DNA of 64,000 bases from a virus (taxonomy: Duplodnaviria > Caudoviricetes): IMG/VR virus record IMGVR_UViG_3300026274_000001; one strand, given 5' to 3'. The position numbers were made by a program, and so were the translations under genes. Position 1 is the first letter of the stretch. Each line of letters begins with the position of its first letter. The notes beneath the pieces are model-generated. The model was not told the DNA's origin. It searched no databases and saw nothing but the letters and a program-made list of their open reading frames with translations. Shown here in pieces: positions 8,432 to 17,541 of this stretch.

Positions 8432-9220
8432 ATGCAAGTATCAGACAAAGCAATTTTTGATTGGTCGCATGTTATCAAGACGCTGCGTACTTTTGTAGCA
8501 TCGCGCGTTAAGACTGACAAAGAGACGCAAGCGTACATCAACCTGATGATGTTCCAGACTGACACGTTCCATGACTACGACAGCATGGACGCGCTCTACA
8601 ATCGCCTCACGGACAGCGTTGATGAACGTGTGTGGGATGCACTCTATGAAGCTATCCATCAAATGGGCGAGCAAATCACGGAGCATTTTGCAGATCCGTG
8701 GAATTTTGCACCCGGCTACACTAAGCCGAAAAAGCTGGTCGTTCCGGATGTTGAACGCTTGTCGCGTGCTGTAACGGACAAGCTGCTGAAGGAAGCCGCA
8801 CCCTTGGTGTTTGATGACATGAAGAAGTATGAAAAGGAACGCAAAGCGTCGCAACTAGCAAGCAAGAAAGCGAAAGCTGCTGCCATTAGCGATGAGCGCG
8901 TGGCGGAGCTGGCAAAGCTCTACAATGACAATCTGCTTGCTGCGTGCGACAAAGCGGTGAGGGGCTTTAAAAAGCGCTTGTGGCCTGACGATATGTCGTT
9001 TTTCGAAATGACTGAAGAGCAGATGAAAGGCTTCAACATTGGTAGCGAGTTTTTGGCAGCGTTGGAGGCAAAGTACCCCGAGCCGGCCAAGCTGTTGGAC
9101 AAGTGCTTCGAAACGGTCATTTACGAGAAAGCATTTACGCGCAAGCGCACCGATGATTTCTGTGCCCTGTATTACGACAAAGCAGGTCGTAAGCGTCTCA
9201 TTGCTGCGATCAGCGCATAA
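8432..9220 (+). CDS. hypothetical protein (262 aa)
   Basis: SD GGAG; long clean ORF. Confidence 0.8.
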   Translation: MQVSDKAIFDWSHVIKTLRTFVASRVKTDKETQAYINLMMFQTDTFHDYDSMDALYNRLTDSVDERVWDALYEAIHQMGEQITEHFADPWNFAPGYTKPKKLVVPDVERLSRAVTDKLLKEAAPLVFDDMKKYEKERKASQLASKKAKAAAISDERVAELAKLYNDNLLAACDKAVRGFKKRLWPDDMSFFEMTEEQMKGFNIGSEFLAALEAKYPEPAKLLDKCFETVIYEKAFTRKRTDDFCALYYDKAGRKRLIAAISA

Positions 9221-9226
9221 TAAGGC

Positions 9227-9265
9227 TTGTAGCCAGACTTAGATGACTATATCATTTGAGTCTGG
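9227..9265 (+). promoter_or_regulatory. early promoter, hairpin family
   Basis: TTGTAG-17-TATCAT; 14-bp stem CCAGACTTAGATGA/TCATTTGAGTCTGG with 2 G-T pairs. Confidence 0.85.
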
Positions 9266-9283
9266 AGGAAATGCAAGGGGTGA

Positions 9284-9496
9284 ATGATGACTGCGATTAT
9301 TTCCGAAGTAGAGCTGTACGGGGAGATGCTAGTAGTTGAGCGTCTTGACAACGGTCTTTACAATGTAGTACATGGCGGGATAATTCGTCATCCTGGCCTC
9401 ACAGCTGAAAATGCTATTGGGGCCATGGCACACTACATTCATAATCTCAACTATTTGCTTTTCAAAGCGAATACGGAATTGAATCGGAATACGTGA
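9284..9496 (+). CDS. hypothetical protein
   Basis: ORF after promoter. Confidence 0.65.
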   Translation: MMTAIISEVELYGEMLVVERLDNGLYNVVHGGIIRHPGLTAENAIGAMAHYIHNLNYLLFKANTELNRNT

Positions 9497-9750
9497 TGGT
9501 TACCCTAAAGCAGATTTCAATCGACACGGCTAACGGACTTAGCTTGCAAGTTGCAGCAAAGCGTATTGGAGTAAAGACTGTAGGTCAGAAATATAAAGTG
9601 GCTGTTTACAATGAACGAATCACTCTTGATGAGGTTGAGCTATTGCGACAGAGGCTGAAAGCCCTGCAGGTAAAAACTATACCTGAATTCATTCAGAAGC
9701 GGCAAGTGAATGCTTACCCAAACTTTCCTATCGTATACGCAACGGAGTAG
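9493..9750 (+). CDS. hypothetical protein
   Basis: GTGA overlap. Confidence 0.6.
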   Translation: MMVTLKQISIDTANGLSLQVAAKRIGVKTVGQKYKVAVYNERITLDEVELLRQRLKALQVKTIPEFIQKRQVNAYPNFPIVYATE

Positions 9751-9753
9751 AGC

Positions 9754-9960
9754 ATGGCTGGAAAAGAACTTGAATTTGCAATTGAATCATACAAGATACT
9801 GATTGGTTTGCCCATCACTGCTCGTATTCGCGTGCAAAAACAATTGTGTGCCTTTCGTGATTTGATTGCGGAATACACTGGTGAGGATGAACAGGTAGTG
9901 CAAGCTCGATATGAGTATGAAGTACACATGCAGCAACTAGCCGATTGTGACGAGGCTTAA
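9754..9960 (+). CDS. hypothetical protein
   Basis: Operon context. Confidence 0.65.
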   Translation: MAGKELEFAIESYKILIGLPITARIRVQKQLCAFRDLIAEYTGEDEQVVQARYEYEVHMQQLADCDEA

Positions 9961-9966
9961 TTACAG

Positions 9967-10170
9967 ATGAACCCTTTTTATTGGTACCTTTTAACTTCAA
10001 TCATCAGTGCCTTGATTGGTGCTGGGATTATGTTGGTATTTGTCGTGCATCGTTTAGGTTGGCGATTGGATGTGATGAAAGCAGAAATAACGCGCATCAA
10101 TTTTGACGGTAGCCAGCATACTTCTAAGCTTGTGTTTGTGGGTAACGATGCCTACTATTTGAAAGAGTGA
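9967..10170 (+). CDS. small membrane protein
   Basis: N-terminal hydrophobic helix. Confidence 0.65.
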   Translation: MNPFYWYLLTSIISALIGAGIMLVFVVHRLGWRLDVMKAEITRINFDGSQHTSKLVFVGNDAYYLKE

Positions 10171-10192
10171 TGATATAGGGTTCATTTTCCGC

Positions 10193-10232
10193 TTGATGCT
10201 ATGTTCATATGAAATTACCATATGCTCATAGC
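10193..10232 (+). promoter_or_regulatory. early promoter, hairpin family
   Basis: TTGATG-17-TACCAT; GCTATGTTCATATG/CATATGCTCATAGC. Confidence 0.85.
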
Positions 10233-10252
10233 CAAATAACAGGAGAATGAAT

Positions 10253-10486
10253 ATGACCCCTAAGGTCCGGAAACATATTTTTGAACTGACTAACGCATTC
10301 GCTGAAGTCGAACAAACCGTAGAGACTTGGTCGAACACCAATCGATTCCAAGAACGAGCCCTTCGCACCCTGCAACTGCAACGGGAAACATTGCAAAATT
10401 ACATCGCCCGTCGTAACATGAAAGGTATCATGGCCCTTACTGTGCCGCATGTACACGGAACAAATGTGATTTGGAACGTAGCTTGA
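10253..10486 (+). CDS. hypothetical protein
   Basis: SD AGGAG; start 10247 or 10253. Confidence 0.7.
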   Translation: MTPKVRKHIFELTNAFAEVEQTVETWSNTNRFQERALRTLQLQRETLQNYIARRNMKGIMALTVPHVHGTNVIWNVA

Positions 10487-10525
10487 TTGGTTTGCCAGAT
10501 GAACCTATAATAGGTGTATGGTAAA
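10483..10525 (+). promoter_or_regulatory. early promoter, hairpin family
   Basis: TTGATT-17-TATAAT; TTTGCCA/TGGTAAA arms; ATG at 10518. Confidence 0.85.
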
Positions 10526-10542
10526 CAAACAAGGAACATCAA

Positions 10543-10974
10543 ATGATCGAAGCATTGGCAAATCTACCCACTGACCCAAGTTCTTGGGGCTTGATTGGTG
10601 ATCCCGAAGCGGCTCAAATGGTTGCCAACACGATTGTGGGTTACATTCAAGAAGCAATCAACGAGCAGGAAGAAGACGAACTGGATGAAGGACAACACCT
10701 GTACCTACAGGTGATTGCTACTGGTGCTCAAGATGAGCGTCGTTCATCAGCTGATGGGCTGCTTGAAGGTTTGCGCGATTATATGGATGAAATTTATCCA
10801 GAAAGTGGTGATCCGGGCGACGATGAAGATGAAGACCACTATGGCAATGCTGATGACGCACGCTGTGGTCTCGGTGACACTGAACAGCGCGAAGCCATGT
10901 ACGATCACGTCTACAAGCTGTTTGGTGTTGAAGATCATCAATCCAGTACGTTCGCAGCGTATCGACTGGATTAA
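10543..10974 (+). CDS. highly acidic hypothetical protein
   Basis: About 36 D/E vs 7 K/R in 143 aa (hand count). Confidence 0.75.
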   Translation: MIEALANLPTDPSSWGLIGDPEAAQMVANTIVGYIQEAINEQEEDELDEGQHLYLQVIATGAQDERRSSADGLLEGLRDYMDEIYPESGDPGDDEDEDHYGNADDARCGLGDTEQREAMYDHVYKLFGVEDHQSSTFAAYRLD

Positions 10975-10977
10975 AGC

Positions 10978-11017
10978 TTGCAGCCACGATCAGATGAATA
11001 TATCATTTGAGCATGGT
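10978..11017 (+). promoter_or_regulatory. early promoter, hairpin family
   Basis: TTGCAG-17-TATCAT; CAGATGA-N5-TCATTTG; ATG at 11013. Confidence 0.88.
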
Positions 11018-11038
11018 AAACAACTGGGAGAACTAATC

Positions 11039-11281
11039 GTGATCGAGCAAGTCCAAATTGAAGCAGCAAATGACATCAGCTTGCAACTGGCAGCAAAAAC
11101 CTGTGGTCTCGATGACTGGGGCACACGGTATGAAACTGCAATACTTACTGATGATGCGCTTACGGCGAAGCAGAAGTCATTGTTACAAGTTGGTCTCCGT
11201 AATTGTCACGTAGTTACGCTTCCGCAATACGAGCGTAATAACAGTGGTATGTATCCGTGGGTATCTATTGTTTTTGAATAG
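11039..11281 (+). CDS. hypothetical protein
   Basis: SD GGGAG; GTG start. Confidence 0.6.
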   Translation: MIEQVQIEAANDISLQLAAKTCGLDDWGTRYETAILTDDALTAKQKSLLQVGLRNCHVVTLPQYERNNSGMYPWVSIVFE

Positions 11282-11337
11282 ATAACATGAATTTAATACG
11301 GGTTAGTTAGTACAAAGTTCAACGAACGCAGTAAAAT

Positions 11338-11366
11338 AAAAGCCTACATACACTGTAGGCTTTTTT
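11338..11366 (+). terminator. intrinsic terminator
   Basis: AAAAGCCTACA-TACAC-TGTAGGCTTTTTT. Confidence 0.85.
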
Positions 11367-11385
11367 GTGACTAGTCATTCCACTG

Positions 11386-11420
11386 TTGATGTACAGTTCA
11401 AATGAACGTACTATGTGAAC
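11386..11420 (+). promoter_or_regulatory. early promoter, hairpin family
   Basis: TTGATG-17-TACTAT; CAAATGAA; GTTCA/TGAAC arms. Confidence 0.8.
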
Positions 11421-11446
11421 ATAATAAACAACACAACGGCATAAAC

Positions 11447-11956
11447 ATGGCAATCTACTATGTTGGCGACGCTCCAGATCTAACTAAGTTAATCCTGGAA
11501 CGCTATTTCCCCAGAAACGTAATACCTGAACCTTTAGAGTCCGAGATTCGGCGGTATTTGTGGAATACTGCGAACTACGGTTATGTTGTCGACTTTAAAG
11601 ATGAAGGTAAAGACGACATCATGTTTCGCAAGTACAATAATAATTTCATATATGACAAGCGATCAGGCTTAGTCATGTTTGACTTTGATTTTGGTTACCA
11701 TCAGCTCATGATGGCGTACTTGGAAGGGCTACACTACACAGACATTACCAAGCCCATCGAACACTGGCAATATGACGCCAAGTACCCCACTGACTACAAT
11801 TCAACATCACAGCTTGCTGATGATTATGTGCGCAACGGCCATGGCATCTTTATGTCAAGTACGCATGATGATCATACGGTCATGGTTAGTAGCATATTCG
11901 CATGGAATCCCATCGAACGTACCGTGTTCAGCGATTACAAAAAGATGATTATTTAA
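11447..11956 (+). CDS. hypothetical protein
   Basis: ORF after promoter. Confidence 0.7.
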   Translation: MAIYYVGDAPDLTKLILERYFPRNVIPEPLESEIRRYLWNTANYGYVVDFKDEGKDDIMFRKYNNNFIYDKRSGLVMFDFDFGYHQLMMAYLEGLHYTDITKPIEHWQYDAKYPTDYNSTSQLADDYVRNGHGIFMSSTHDDHTVMVSSIFAWNPIERTVFSDYKKMII

Positions 11957-11959
11957 ACC

Positions 11960-12005
11960 TTGCTTTGGTTGCCATATGAACTTACTATAAGAATACGGTA
12001 ACCAA
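11960..12005 (+). promoter_or_regulatory. early promoter, hairpin family
   Basis: TTGCTT-17-TACTAT; TTGGTTGCC/GGTAACCAA arms. Confidence 0.85.
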
Positions 12006-12019
12006 ACAAGGGGAACAAA

Positions 12020-12412
12020 ATGTCGACACGTGAACAAGAACTGAATGCAAACGTGATTGAATTTCGCAAGGAATTGGATCGGTCGATCACGCGTGGCGCC
12101 CATCGAATTTCTTTATTCATTGGTCATCTGAAAGAGAATGCGGACACCGCATTTGTTGGGTATGCCGATAAAGCGATGGCCGTAGCCGCTGATATACAAG
12201 TGAAAGAGCAAGTCAGGGCGGCGATCGAACACGGGCTGGCATCAGGTAAGGCAATTGATCTTATTATCAAAGACTTGCACACCTGGGCTCTGAAAACCGC
12301 ATTGAATGCGGCAGAGTATCCGGAACGCAGCACGTCAGTAGTCAGCAACTTCCAAGCCCAACTTCGAGGTGCTGCTTGGGCCGAAATGGTCCGTTCACTA
12401 GAAAGCCTGTAA
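12020..12412 (+). CDS. hypothetical protein
   Basis: SD AAGGGGA. Confidence 0.75.
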   Translation: MSTREQELNANVIEFRKELDRSITRGAHRISLFIGHLKENADTAFVGYADKAMAVAADIQVKEQVRAAIEHGLASGKAIDLIIKDLHTWALKTALNAAEYPERSTSVVSNFQAQLRGAAWAEMVRSLESL

Positions 12413-12493
12413 GGATTAAAACAAGCGATGCGGTGCCATGTGTAATAGAATGGTACCGCTTTCACCATTTACAATAGATGTTGTGGGGGATAT

Positions 12494-12721
12494 ATGATTG
12501 CGAAAGTAGAAAAACAAACGACTCTCGGCAAAAAACTGAAGAAGGTTATTGCTGATATGGAAAAAACAAAAGAACGAATTGCAAAGGAGCGAGATACTCT
12601 GCGGGATCAGTTGGAAGAAGCAAATGCAATTAAAGAGGACATGGATGGTGCTATTGACGTGATCAATGACGCTCTCCGTTCAATCGATGATGCTGCTGAC
12701 GCCTTGAGCAAGTATCTGTAA
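12494..12721 (+). CDS. coiled-coil hypothetical protein
   Basis: SD GGGGG; heptad pattern. Confidence 0.7.
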   Translation: MIAKVEKQTTLGKKLKKVIADMEKTKERIAKERDTLRDQLEEANAIKEDMDGAIDVINDALRSIDDAADALSKYL

Positions 12722-12724
12722 GGA

Positions 12725-13387
12725 TTGATGAAAAATATAACAATAATCTCCGTTGATGGAGAAGTAGCAAAGATTGAAGGGCATTGTGGTTGTAGATTTG
12801 CCACTATTACCGAAGAAGCGATTGCACTAGCAGCCAGTCTCAACCAACGGGTTGAATATGATTTCAATGGCGTGGTCTGTGTGGTTACTGCTGCTAGTGA
12901 TGCTGAGGTATTGTGGCAGCATGTTCAAGATACCTGGGAACGGGAACGGATAGCCCGCGAAGCAACTCCAGAGTATGCGGAGCAGCAACGTCGTGGAGCA
13001 GAAGCGGCAATTGTTTGTAGCAACGAAATGAACGCTTTACTGGATGAGCTTGATCGCATAGTCACTCAAAATATCGAACTAACCACCATGCGCTGGTTGA
13101 GGGGATTTTTGGAATATGCCGACTGGAGTGATGTTCGGTACGACAAGCAAATGGTTGCCGACAAGTTCAAGCTGATGGGATATATCAACAATGATTTAGT
13201 TGGTAGTTTCCCGCAGGATCCGTCAAACACTGAGGTATTTCGTTGGATAATTGGGCAAGCTATCAATATGTTGGAAGATGGTGCATCGCCCCACCCAGCG
13301 CTGATTCCACAAACTGATCGTTGTATTGAGACGGCTGAGTATGAAAGTTCTTTACTGACTAGAATGATGACTGCATCATCTGTGTAA
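12725..13387 (+). CDS. hypothetical protein
   Basis: Operon context. Confidence 0.75.
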   Translation: MMKNITIISVDGEVAKIEGHCGCRFATITEEAIALAASLNQRVEYDFNGVVCVVTAASDAEVLWQHVQDTWERERIAREATPEYAEQQRRGAEAAIVCSNEMNALLDELDRIVTQNIELTTMRWLRGFLEYADWSDVRYDKQMVADKFKLMGYINNDLVGSFPQDPSNTEVFRWIIGQAINMLEDGASPHPALIPQTDRCIETAEYESSLLTRMMTASSV

Positions 13388-13408
13388 TACTTAAATGGGA
13401 GAATCGCA

Positions 13409-13864
13409 ATGGCTGAATTGAAGATCACCGCATCCGACAAAAAGCGTATTGACCTCGTTGCTGATAAGCTATCGAAAGAACGAGCCAAGCTGGAAGATGC
13501 AGTCAGTGTATTCAACGAAGCGGTGAATACTGCGCGTAATGCACTGTCGATTCAGATTGACTCCTACAATGAAGTACAGCAAGAAGCCCTAAACCTGATC
13601 GAAGATATTCATCGTGAGCAAGAAGAAATTCTAGATGATAAGTCTGAAAAATGGCGGGACGGTGAAAAGGGGCAGCTTGCTCGTGATTGGGTACAGGGTA
13701 TTGAAGAGATCAAAACCACTCTTGAGGGTGAAATTTATCACTCAATGGTTGATCCACTTACGGTTGAAGAACTGTTGGGTGAAGATGATCCCGAGGTTGC
13801 TGACATCAGCACGCAGTTGGAAGAGATACCCTTGAAGCCAAGCGATACTGCTGAAGATGAATAA
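13409..13864 (+). CDS. acidic coiled-coil hypothetical protein
   Basis: SD GGGAG; DDKSEKWRDGEKG motif. Confidence 0.75.
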   Translation: MAELKITASDKKRIDLVADKLSKERAKLEDAVSVFNEAVNTARNALSIQIDSYNEVQQEALNLIEDIHREQEEILDDKSEKWRDGEKGQLARDWVQGIEEIKTTLEGEIYHSMVDPLTVEELLGEDDPEVADISTQLEEIPLKPSDTAEDE

Positions 13865-13867
13865 CGC

Positions 13868-13908
13868 TTGATTGTTTGCCATATGAATGTATCATAATCA
13901 ATATGGTA
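13868..13908 (+). promoter_or_regulatory. early promoter, hairpin family
   Basis: TTGATT-16-TATCAT; TGCCATAT/ATATGGTA arms; ATG at 13903 in frame with gene. Confidence 0.85.
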
Positions 13909-13926
13909 CACGACAAGGAGAACAAC

Positions 13927-14115
13927 ATGGATGCAACCACAGCATTGAAGATTATTGATGGCTACGAATCGTCATTGACGGTAGCTCAAATTTACGACGA
14001 TGACGATCAGTTTGCTGATGCAATGCTGTCGTTGTTTCCGCATTTCGAATATCCGGACTTTTCACATTTGACCGTGAAACAAGTGCTGGGACAATACGGA
14101 CGGATTGCAAAATGA
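13927..14115 (+). CDS. hypothetical protein
   Basis: SD AAGGAG. Confidence 0.7.
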   Translation: MDATTALKIIDGYESSLTVAQIYDDDDQFADAMLSLFPHFEYPDFSHLTVKQVLGQYGRIAK

Positions 14116-14531
14116 CTGAACGTTGGTATTCCGACGAATTGAACAAATTCGAGGAACGGCAGAAGAATTTTATCCGTATTGCCGAAGCCGAATTTGAAGA
14201 TCATATCGTAATTATGAAGAAGTCACCGGAGATTGCAGCTATCCGTTCGGTGAACTTGTTTGAAGATGTAGCTACGCGAAAGTTGGCGTTGCGGTTCCTT
14301 GAACTATTTGGGGAATTCCGTGCACCTGCATGCGATTCAATCCCCAAAGGCAGCTACCAGCGGTTTTTCGATGAGCTTTATTCACTGTGCGAAAACACAT
14401 TGATCGCTATGTCCAAAACACCCCAGGACAAGTCATTGGGTGAGCGACTACTGTATGATGCCACACGGGACAGATATTCACATGAATTGGTATATCTGTC
14501 GGCCCGTAAGAATTTTATTGAAAGGAAATAA
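14112..14531 (+). CDS. hypothetical protein
   Basis: ATGA overlap. Confidence 0.7.
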   Translation: MTERWYSDELNKFEERQKNFIRIAEAEFEDHIVIMKKSPEIAAIRSVNLFEDVATRKLALRFLELFGEFRAPACDSIPKGSYQRFFDELYSLCENTLIAMSKTPQDKSLGERLLYDATRDRYSHELVYLSARKNFIERK

Positions 14532-14533
14532 TC

Positions 14534-14827
14534 ATGAGTCATAACTCTGGCTACCGACCAATTGCCCATTCACCGGCTAAGGAAGGTGAATCAACCTGGT
14601 CTGATCATGGAATCGATTTGACCCCGCCTATTACAACCTCCGGCCGTCTTCATGTAATTGCACAGGAAATTGCAATCTTGGAAGAACGACTGCAAGTGGC
14701 TGTTGAACTTTTGAAACGTGCACGCAGCGAATTTCTGCAGACTGAACCGACATTCTCGGATGAGCTTGACGACGAAATGGTTGCGTTTATCAACACGAAC
14801 ACCACAATTAAGCAAGTTGCTCGGTAA
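14534..14827 (+). CDS. hypothetical protein
   Basis: SD AAGGA. Confidence 0.7.
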   Translation: MSHNSGYRPIAHSPAKEGESTWSDHGIDLTPPITTSGRLHVIAQEIAILEERLQVAVELLKRARSEFLQTEPTFSDELDDEMVAFINTNTTIKQVAR

Positions 14828-15366
14828 TGGATAAGCTATCAAAAATTACGGCATTTTTACTGCTGTATCATAATTATCACCGCACGGCGGACGACTACAA
14901 ACTAGTTGGGCCGGTGGTAGCTAAGCTATTGCTTAACGACGTGGTGACTCTCCTTCGTGATGAAGGGACGGAAATTCATGAGCTTGAAGAATACCATTAT
15001 GGTATGACTCAGTTGATTGCTGACTGTGCTCTATTGCAAGCACACGGTTATATTGAGTCTCGACATGTCAAGAAGATCCTCAAAGACTGCTGGAATTATC
15101 CCTATGTGGGGTTTGATCTAGTGCAGTATGCCCATGCATCTAAAATCTTTGATGAAGCTAGTGGTGACTCTCTTATGATTGAAGTGCGTGCGGTACTGGC
15201 TGATGTCAACTATGCGAAAACTGTCGAACAGGTGAAGGGTGGTAGGGACAAAGCCATCGGCGCTCTCGTTGGTGCAGTAATGAAGAAGGTGAAGGGCGAT
15301 CCCAAGCAGATTAAAGAAATGCTGGCAAGCGAAATGGGCGTAACCCTATCAGCATTAAGCAGTTGA
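14827..15366 (+). CDS. stand-alone GatB/YqeY C-terminal (tRNA-binding tail) domain protein
   Basis: VKKILKDCW...VRAVLADVNYAKTVEQVKGGRDKAIGALVGAVMKKVKGDPKQIKEML. Confidence 0.75.
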   Translation: MDKLSKITAFLLLYHNYHRTADDYKLVGPVVAKLLLNDVVTLLRDEGTEIHELEEYHYGMTQLIADCALLQAHGYIESRHVKKILKDCWNYPYVGFDLVQYAHASKIFDEASGDSLMIEVRAVLADVNYAKTVEQVKGGRDKAIGALVGAVMKKVKGDPKQIKEMLASEMGVTLSALSS

Positions 15367-15403
15367 TGTACCGCTCAAGTGAGTTTATCATTTGAATATG
15401 GTA
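15363..15403 (+). promoter_or_regulatory. early promoter, hairpin family
   Basis: TTGATG-17-TATCAT; CAAGTGA-N5-TCATTTG; ATG at 15398. Confidence 0.88.
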
Positions 15404-15420
15404 AACACACAGGAGCGGTA

Positions 15421-15759
15421 ATGATCAAAATCCGTTATACGGCATCTGATTCAGTTGCTATGGCCGATGCCAACGTCAAGCTGTTTGTTAGTGAAATGAT
15501 TGCTCGCAATAAGCGTGGCGAGAATTGCCACAATGTAGCGATTTCAAATGAATCAGTCATCTTCGAATTTCGTATTCGTATTGGACTTGGTGAGCTGACA
15601 AACACGGATATTGAAATTGTAGATGCGCGTGACATTGATAACGTGATGGTGCTGCCGATCGAAACGAATGGCGGTCTGGGAACTAATGTCCCGGCCAACT
15701 TCTGTGACTTTACCTCCTTGCAAGCTCTTGAATTACTTGGTGCAATGCTAAAGAAATAA
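15421..15759 (+). CDS. paralog family A member (IFEFR motif)
   Basis: Similar to 16082 and 16472; SD AGGAG. Confidence 0.75.
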   Translation: MIKIRYTASDSVAMADANVKLFVSEMIARNKRGENCHNVAISNESVIFEFRIRIGLGELTNTDIEIVDARDIDNVMVLPIETNGGLGTNVPANFCDFTSLQALELLGAMLKK

Positions 15760-15768
15760 GGATAGGCC

Positions 15769-16053
15769 GTGATTACCAAAGAACAAGCATTACAACTTAA
15801 ACGTGGTGATAGGCTGATTCACTTTGGCCATATTGACAATTACACGGGCAAGCACAGTGAATGCATCTGTACTGGTAAAGCGCAGACATGGGTGACTCGC
15901 CCCAATGATTTTAGGATTCCAGTCAAGCATACATCGACTAAAGAACGATTTGACGTGCATGATTTGCATGGGCTTGGATACCCCAACGGTTCTTGGAACA
16001 ACGATAATTGGTGCTTGCCTGAACTGCATGCAATAGAGAAGTGGCATATATAA
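15769..16053 (+). CDS. hypothetical protein
   Basis: GTG start, SD AAGGA. Confidence 0.65.
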   Translation: MITKEQALQLKRGDRLIHFGHIDNYTGKHSECICTGKAQTWVTRPNDFRIPVKHTSTKERFDVHDLHGLGYPNGSWNNDNWCLPELHAIEKWHI

Positions 16054-16081
16054 TCTGATACAATACTGAGGGCAAAACGAT

Positions 16082-16417
16082 ATGGAAAACTTGTACTGGA
16101 TAACATACGACGATCAGAATGGCGACGTGGTGCCGGACGGTAAAGTTCGTCAATATGTAGATGACTTCTTGACGGGACCTACCCGTTCGTGCGTCGTTGG
16201 CTCAAGTTTATTGATCGATGAATTCCGTATGTTGGTAGTTCGAGGCTTGGTTGCTGGAAATCAAGTTCGAGTTAATTATGATGGCGAGTGGCATCCCATC
16301 AATGCCAATGCAGTACTGGTAAAGTATCCGCCAGATTTGAGCTTGCATTACGCTAGTGAATTGCTTCGTTTTTCATGCAGGAAACAACGAGCTGAACGAG
16401 AATCATCCAACTGTTGA
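16082..16417 (+). CDS. paralog family A member
   Basis: YDDQNGDVVPDG...VGSSLLIDEFRMLVVRG. Confidence 0.75.
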   Translation: MENLYWITYDDQNGDVVPDGKVRQYVDDFLTGPTRSCVVGSSLLIDEFRMLVVRGLVAGNQVRVNYDGEWHPINANAVLVKYPPDLSLHYASELLRFSCRKQRAERESSNC

Positions 16418-16454
16418 TTCTTAGCTCAAGTGAACGTATCATTTGAATATGGTA
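16414..16454 (+). promoter_or_regulatory. early promoter, hairpin family
   Basis: TTGATT-17-TATCAT; near-copy of the 15363 element; ATG at 16449. Confidence 0.88.
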
Positions 16455-16471
16455 AACGCATAGGAGTTTAA

Positions 16472-16834
16472 ATGATATCGATTCACTACGATGCAATGAA
16501 CGGATTTTCTGTACCGGATGCGGGAGCAGCACTTTATGTTGATGCTGCTCTTGAAACTGCTAAGGAATTCAACCCGGAAAATCCGGAACTGTTCCTTACT
16601 GTCGGCTGCGAATCGATCATCGATGAATTTCGTGTTCGAGTTGTTCGTAAGGAAATCAAGCCGGAGCAAATTGAATTTCTCTTTACTGATCCCGAAGGAA
16701 TCAAGCACGTTCTCAAGTGCACTGAAGTTGGTTCGATCACACCGTGGCCGTACGACTTCTGCAGCAGCAAGATCAAGGCTATTCAAGAAATTGGACGTGC
16801 ACGTCGTAGCAAGGGAGCGAACAATGCCCAATAA
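16472..16834 (+). CDS. paralog family A member
   Basis: YDAMNGFSVPDA...VGCESIIDEFRVRVVRK. Confidence 0.75.
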   Translation: MISIHYDAMNGFSVPDAGAALYVDAALETAKEFNPENPELFLTVGCESIIDEFRVRVVRKEIKPEQIEFLFTDPEGIKHVLKCTEVGSITPWPYDFCSSKIKAIQEIGRARRSKGANNAQ

Positions 16835-17117
16835 AGCCAAAAACTACTGGCGTTCGGCCCATGAAGAATTGCCGCCGGTGAACAAGTACAATCCTGCCAA
16901 TTCAGTGACTGTCGTTTGGTGTGATGCTGATGCAGCCAATCCGGAATATGCCCAGCATATTGGCCGTTTGTGGTATCGAGACCCCGATATCAAAATGGCA
17001 ATTGCACGTTTCGATTCAGGTTCTATATCCCAGTATCTGATCAGTCCCATCGATGGTACCAAGCGTGATTTGTACTGGAGATACGCCGAGGAACTCCCGA
17101 AAGCAGTAAAGCGTTAA
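16824..17117 (+). CDS. hypothetical protein
   Basis: SD AGGGAG; MPNKAKNYW. Confidence 0.7.
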   Translation: MPNKAKNYWRSAHEELPPVNKYNPANSVTVVWCDADAANPEYAQHIGRLWYRDPDIKMAIARFDSGSISQYLISPIDGTKRDLYWRYAEELPKAVKR

Positions 17118-17128
17118 TCACATAAGCA

Positions 17129-17162
17129 TTGCAACACAGCCAGATGAGTGTATCATCTGGCT
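17129..17162 (+). promoter_or_regulatory. early promoter, hairpin family
   Basis: TTGCAA-16-TATCAT; perfect AGCCAGATGA-GTGTA-TCATCTGGCT. Confidence 0.88.
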
Positions 17163-17184
17163 ATCATTGTTTAGGGAGAGTGAA

Positions 17185-17457
17185 ATGGATGCAGCTAAGA
17201 TACACGTTGATTTGGTTGATCACCAGTTTAATGGTGGTGGTATCAGTGGTGAAGTTAATAGCCCGGAGCTGTTCAAACCGATTGCTTTCGACTACGACGA
17301 TTGGCGCGGTCCAATGCTCTTCAACACTAAAGTAGACGACGCGTTGTATAATAGCCAGCTGCCTTGGCTTGACCCCTTGGATGCCTTGGTAGTAGTTGAC
17401 GTAATTGAACGGGTGGTCGTTGAATATTTGCGGGCCCGATTTGAACAAGCAGCTTGA
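17185..17457 (+). CDS. hypothetical acidic protein
   Basis: SD AGGGAG. Confidence 0.7.
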   Translation: MDAAKIHVDLVDHQFNGGGISGEVNSPELFKPIAFDYDDWRGPMLFNTKVDDALYNSQLPWLDPLDALVVVDVIERVVVEYLRARFEQAA

Positions 17458-17490
17458 TTTAGAATATAGATGAACGTACCATTTGAACAT
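17454..17490 (+). promoter_or_regulatory. early promoter, hairpin family
   Basis: TTGATT-17-TACCAT; TAGATGA-N5-CCATTTG. Confidence 0.8.
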
Positions 17491-17511
17491 CGCATAAACG
17501 AGGGGAACGCT

Positions 17512-17541
17512 ATGAATCAGATGTTTGAGGTAATTGCATGA
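17512..17541 (+). CDS. putative 9-aa micro-ORF MNQMFEVIA
   Basis: SD GAGGGG; directly after promoter; TGA overlaps next ATG. Confidence 0.4.
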   Translation: MNQMFEVIA

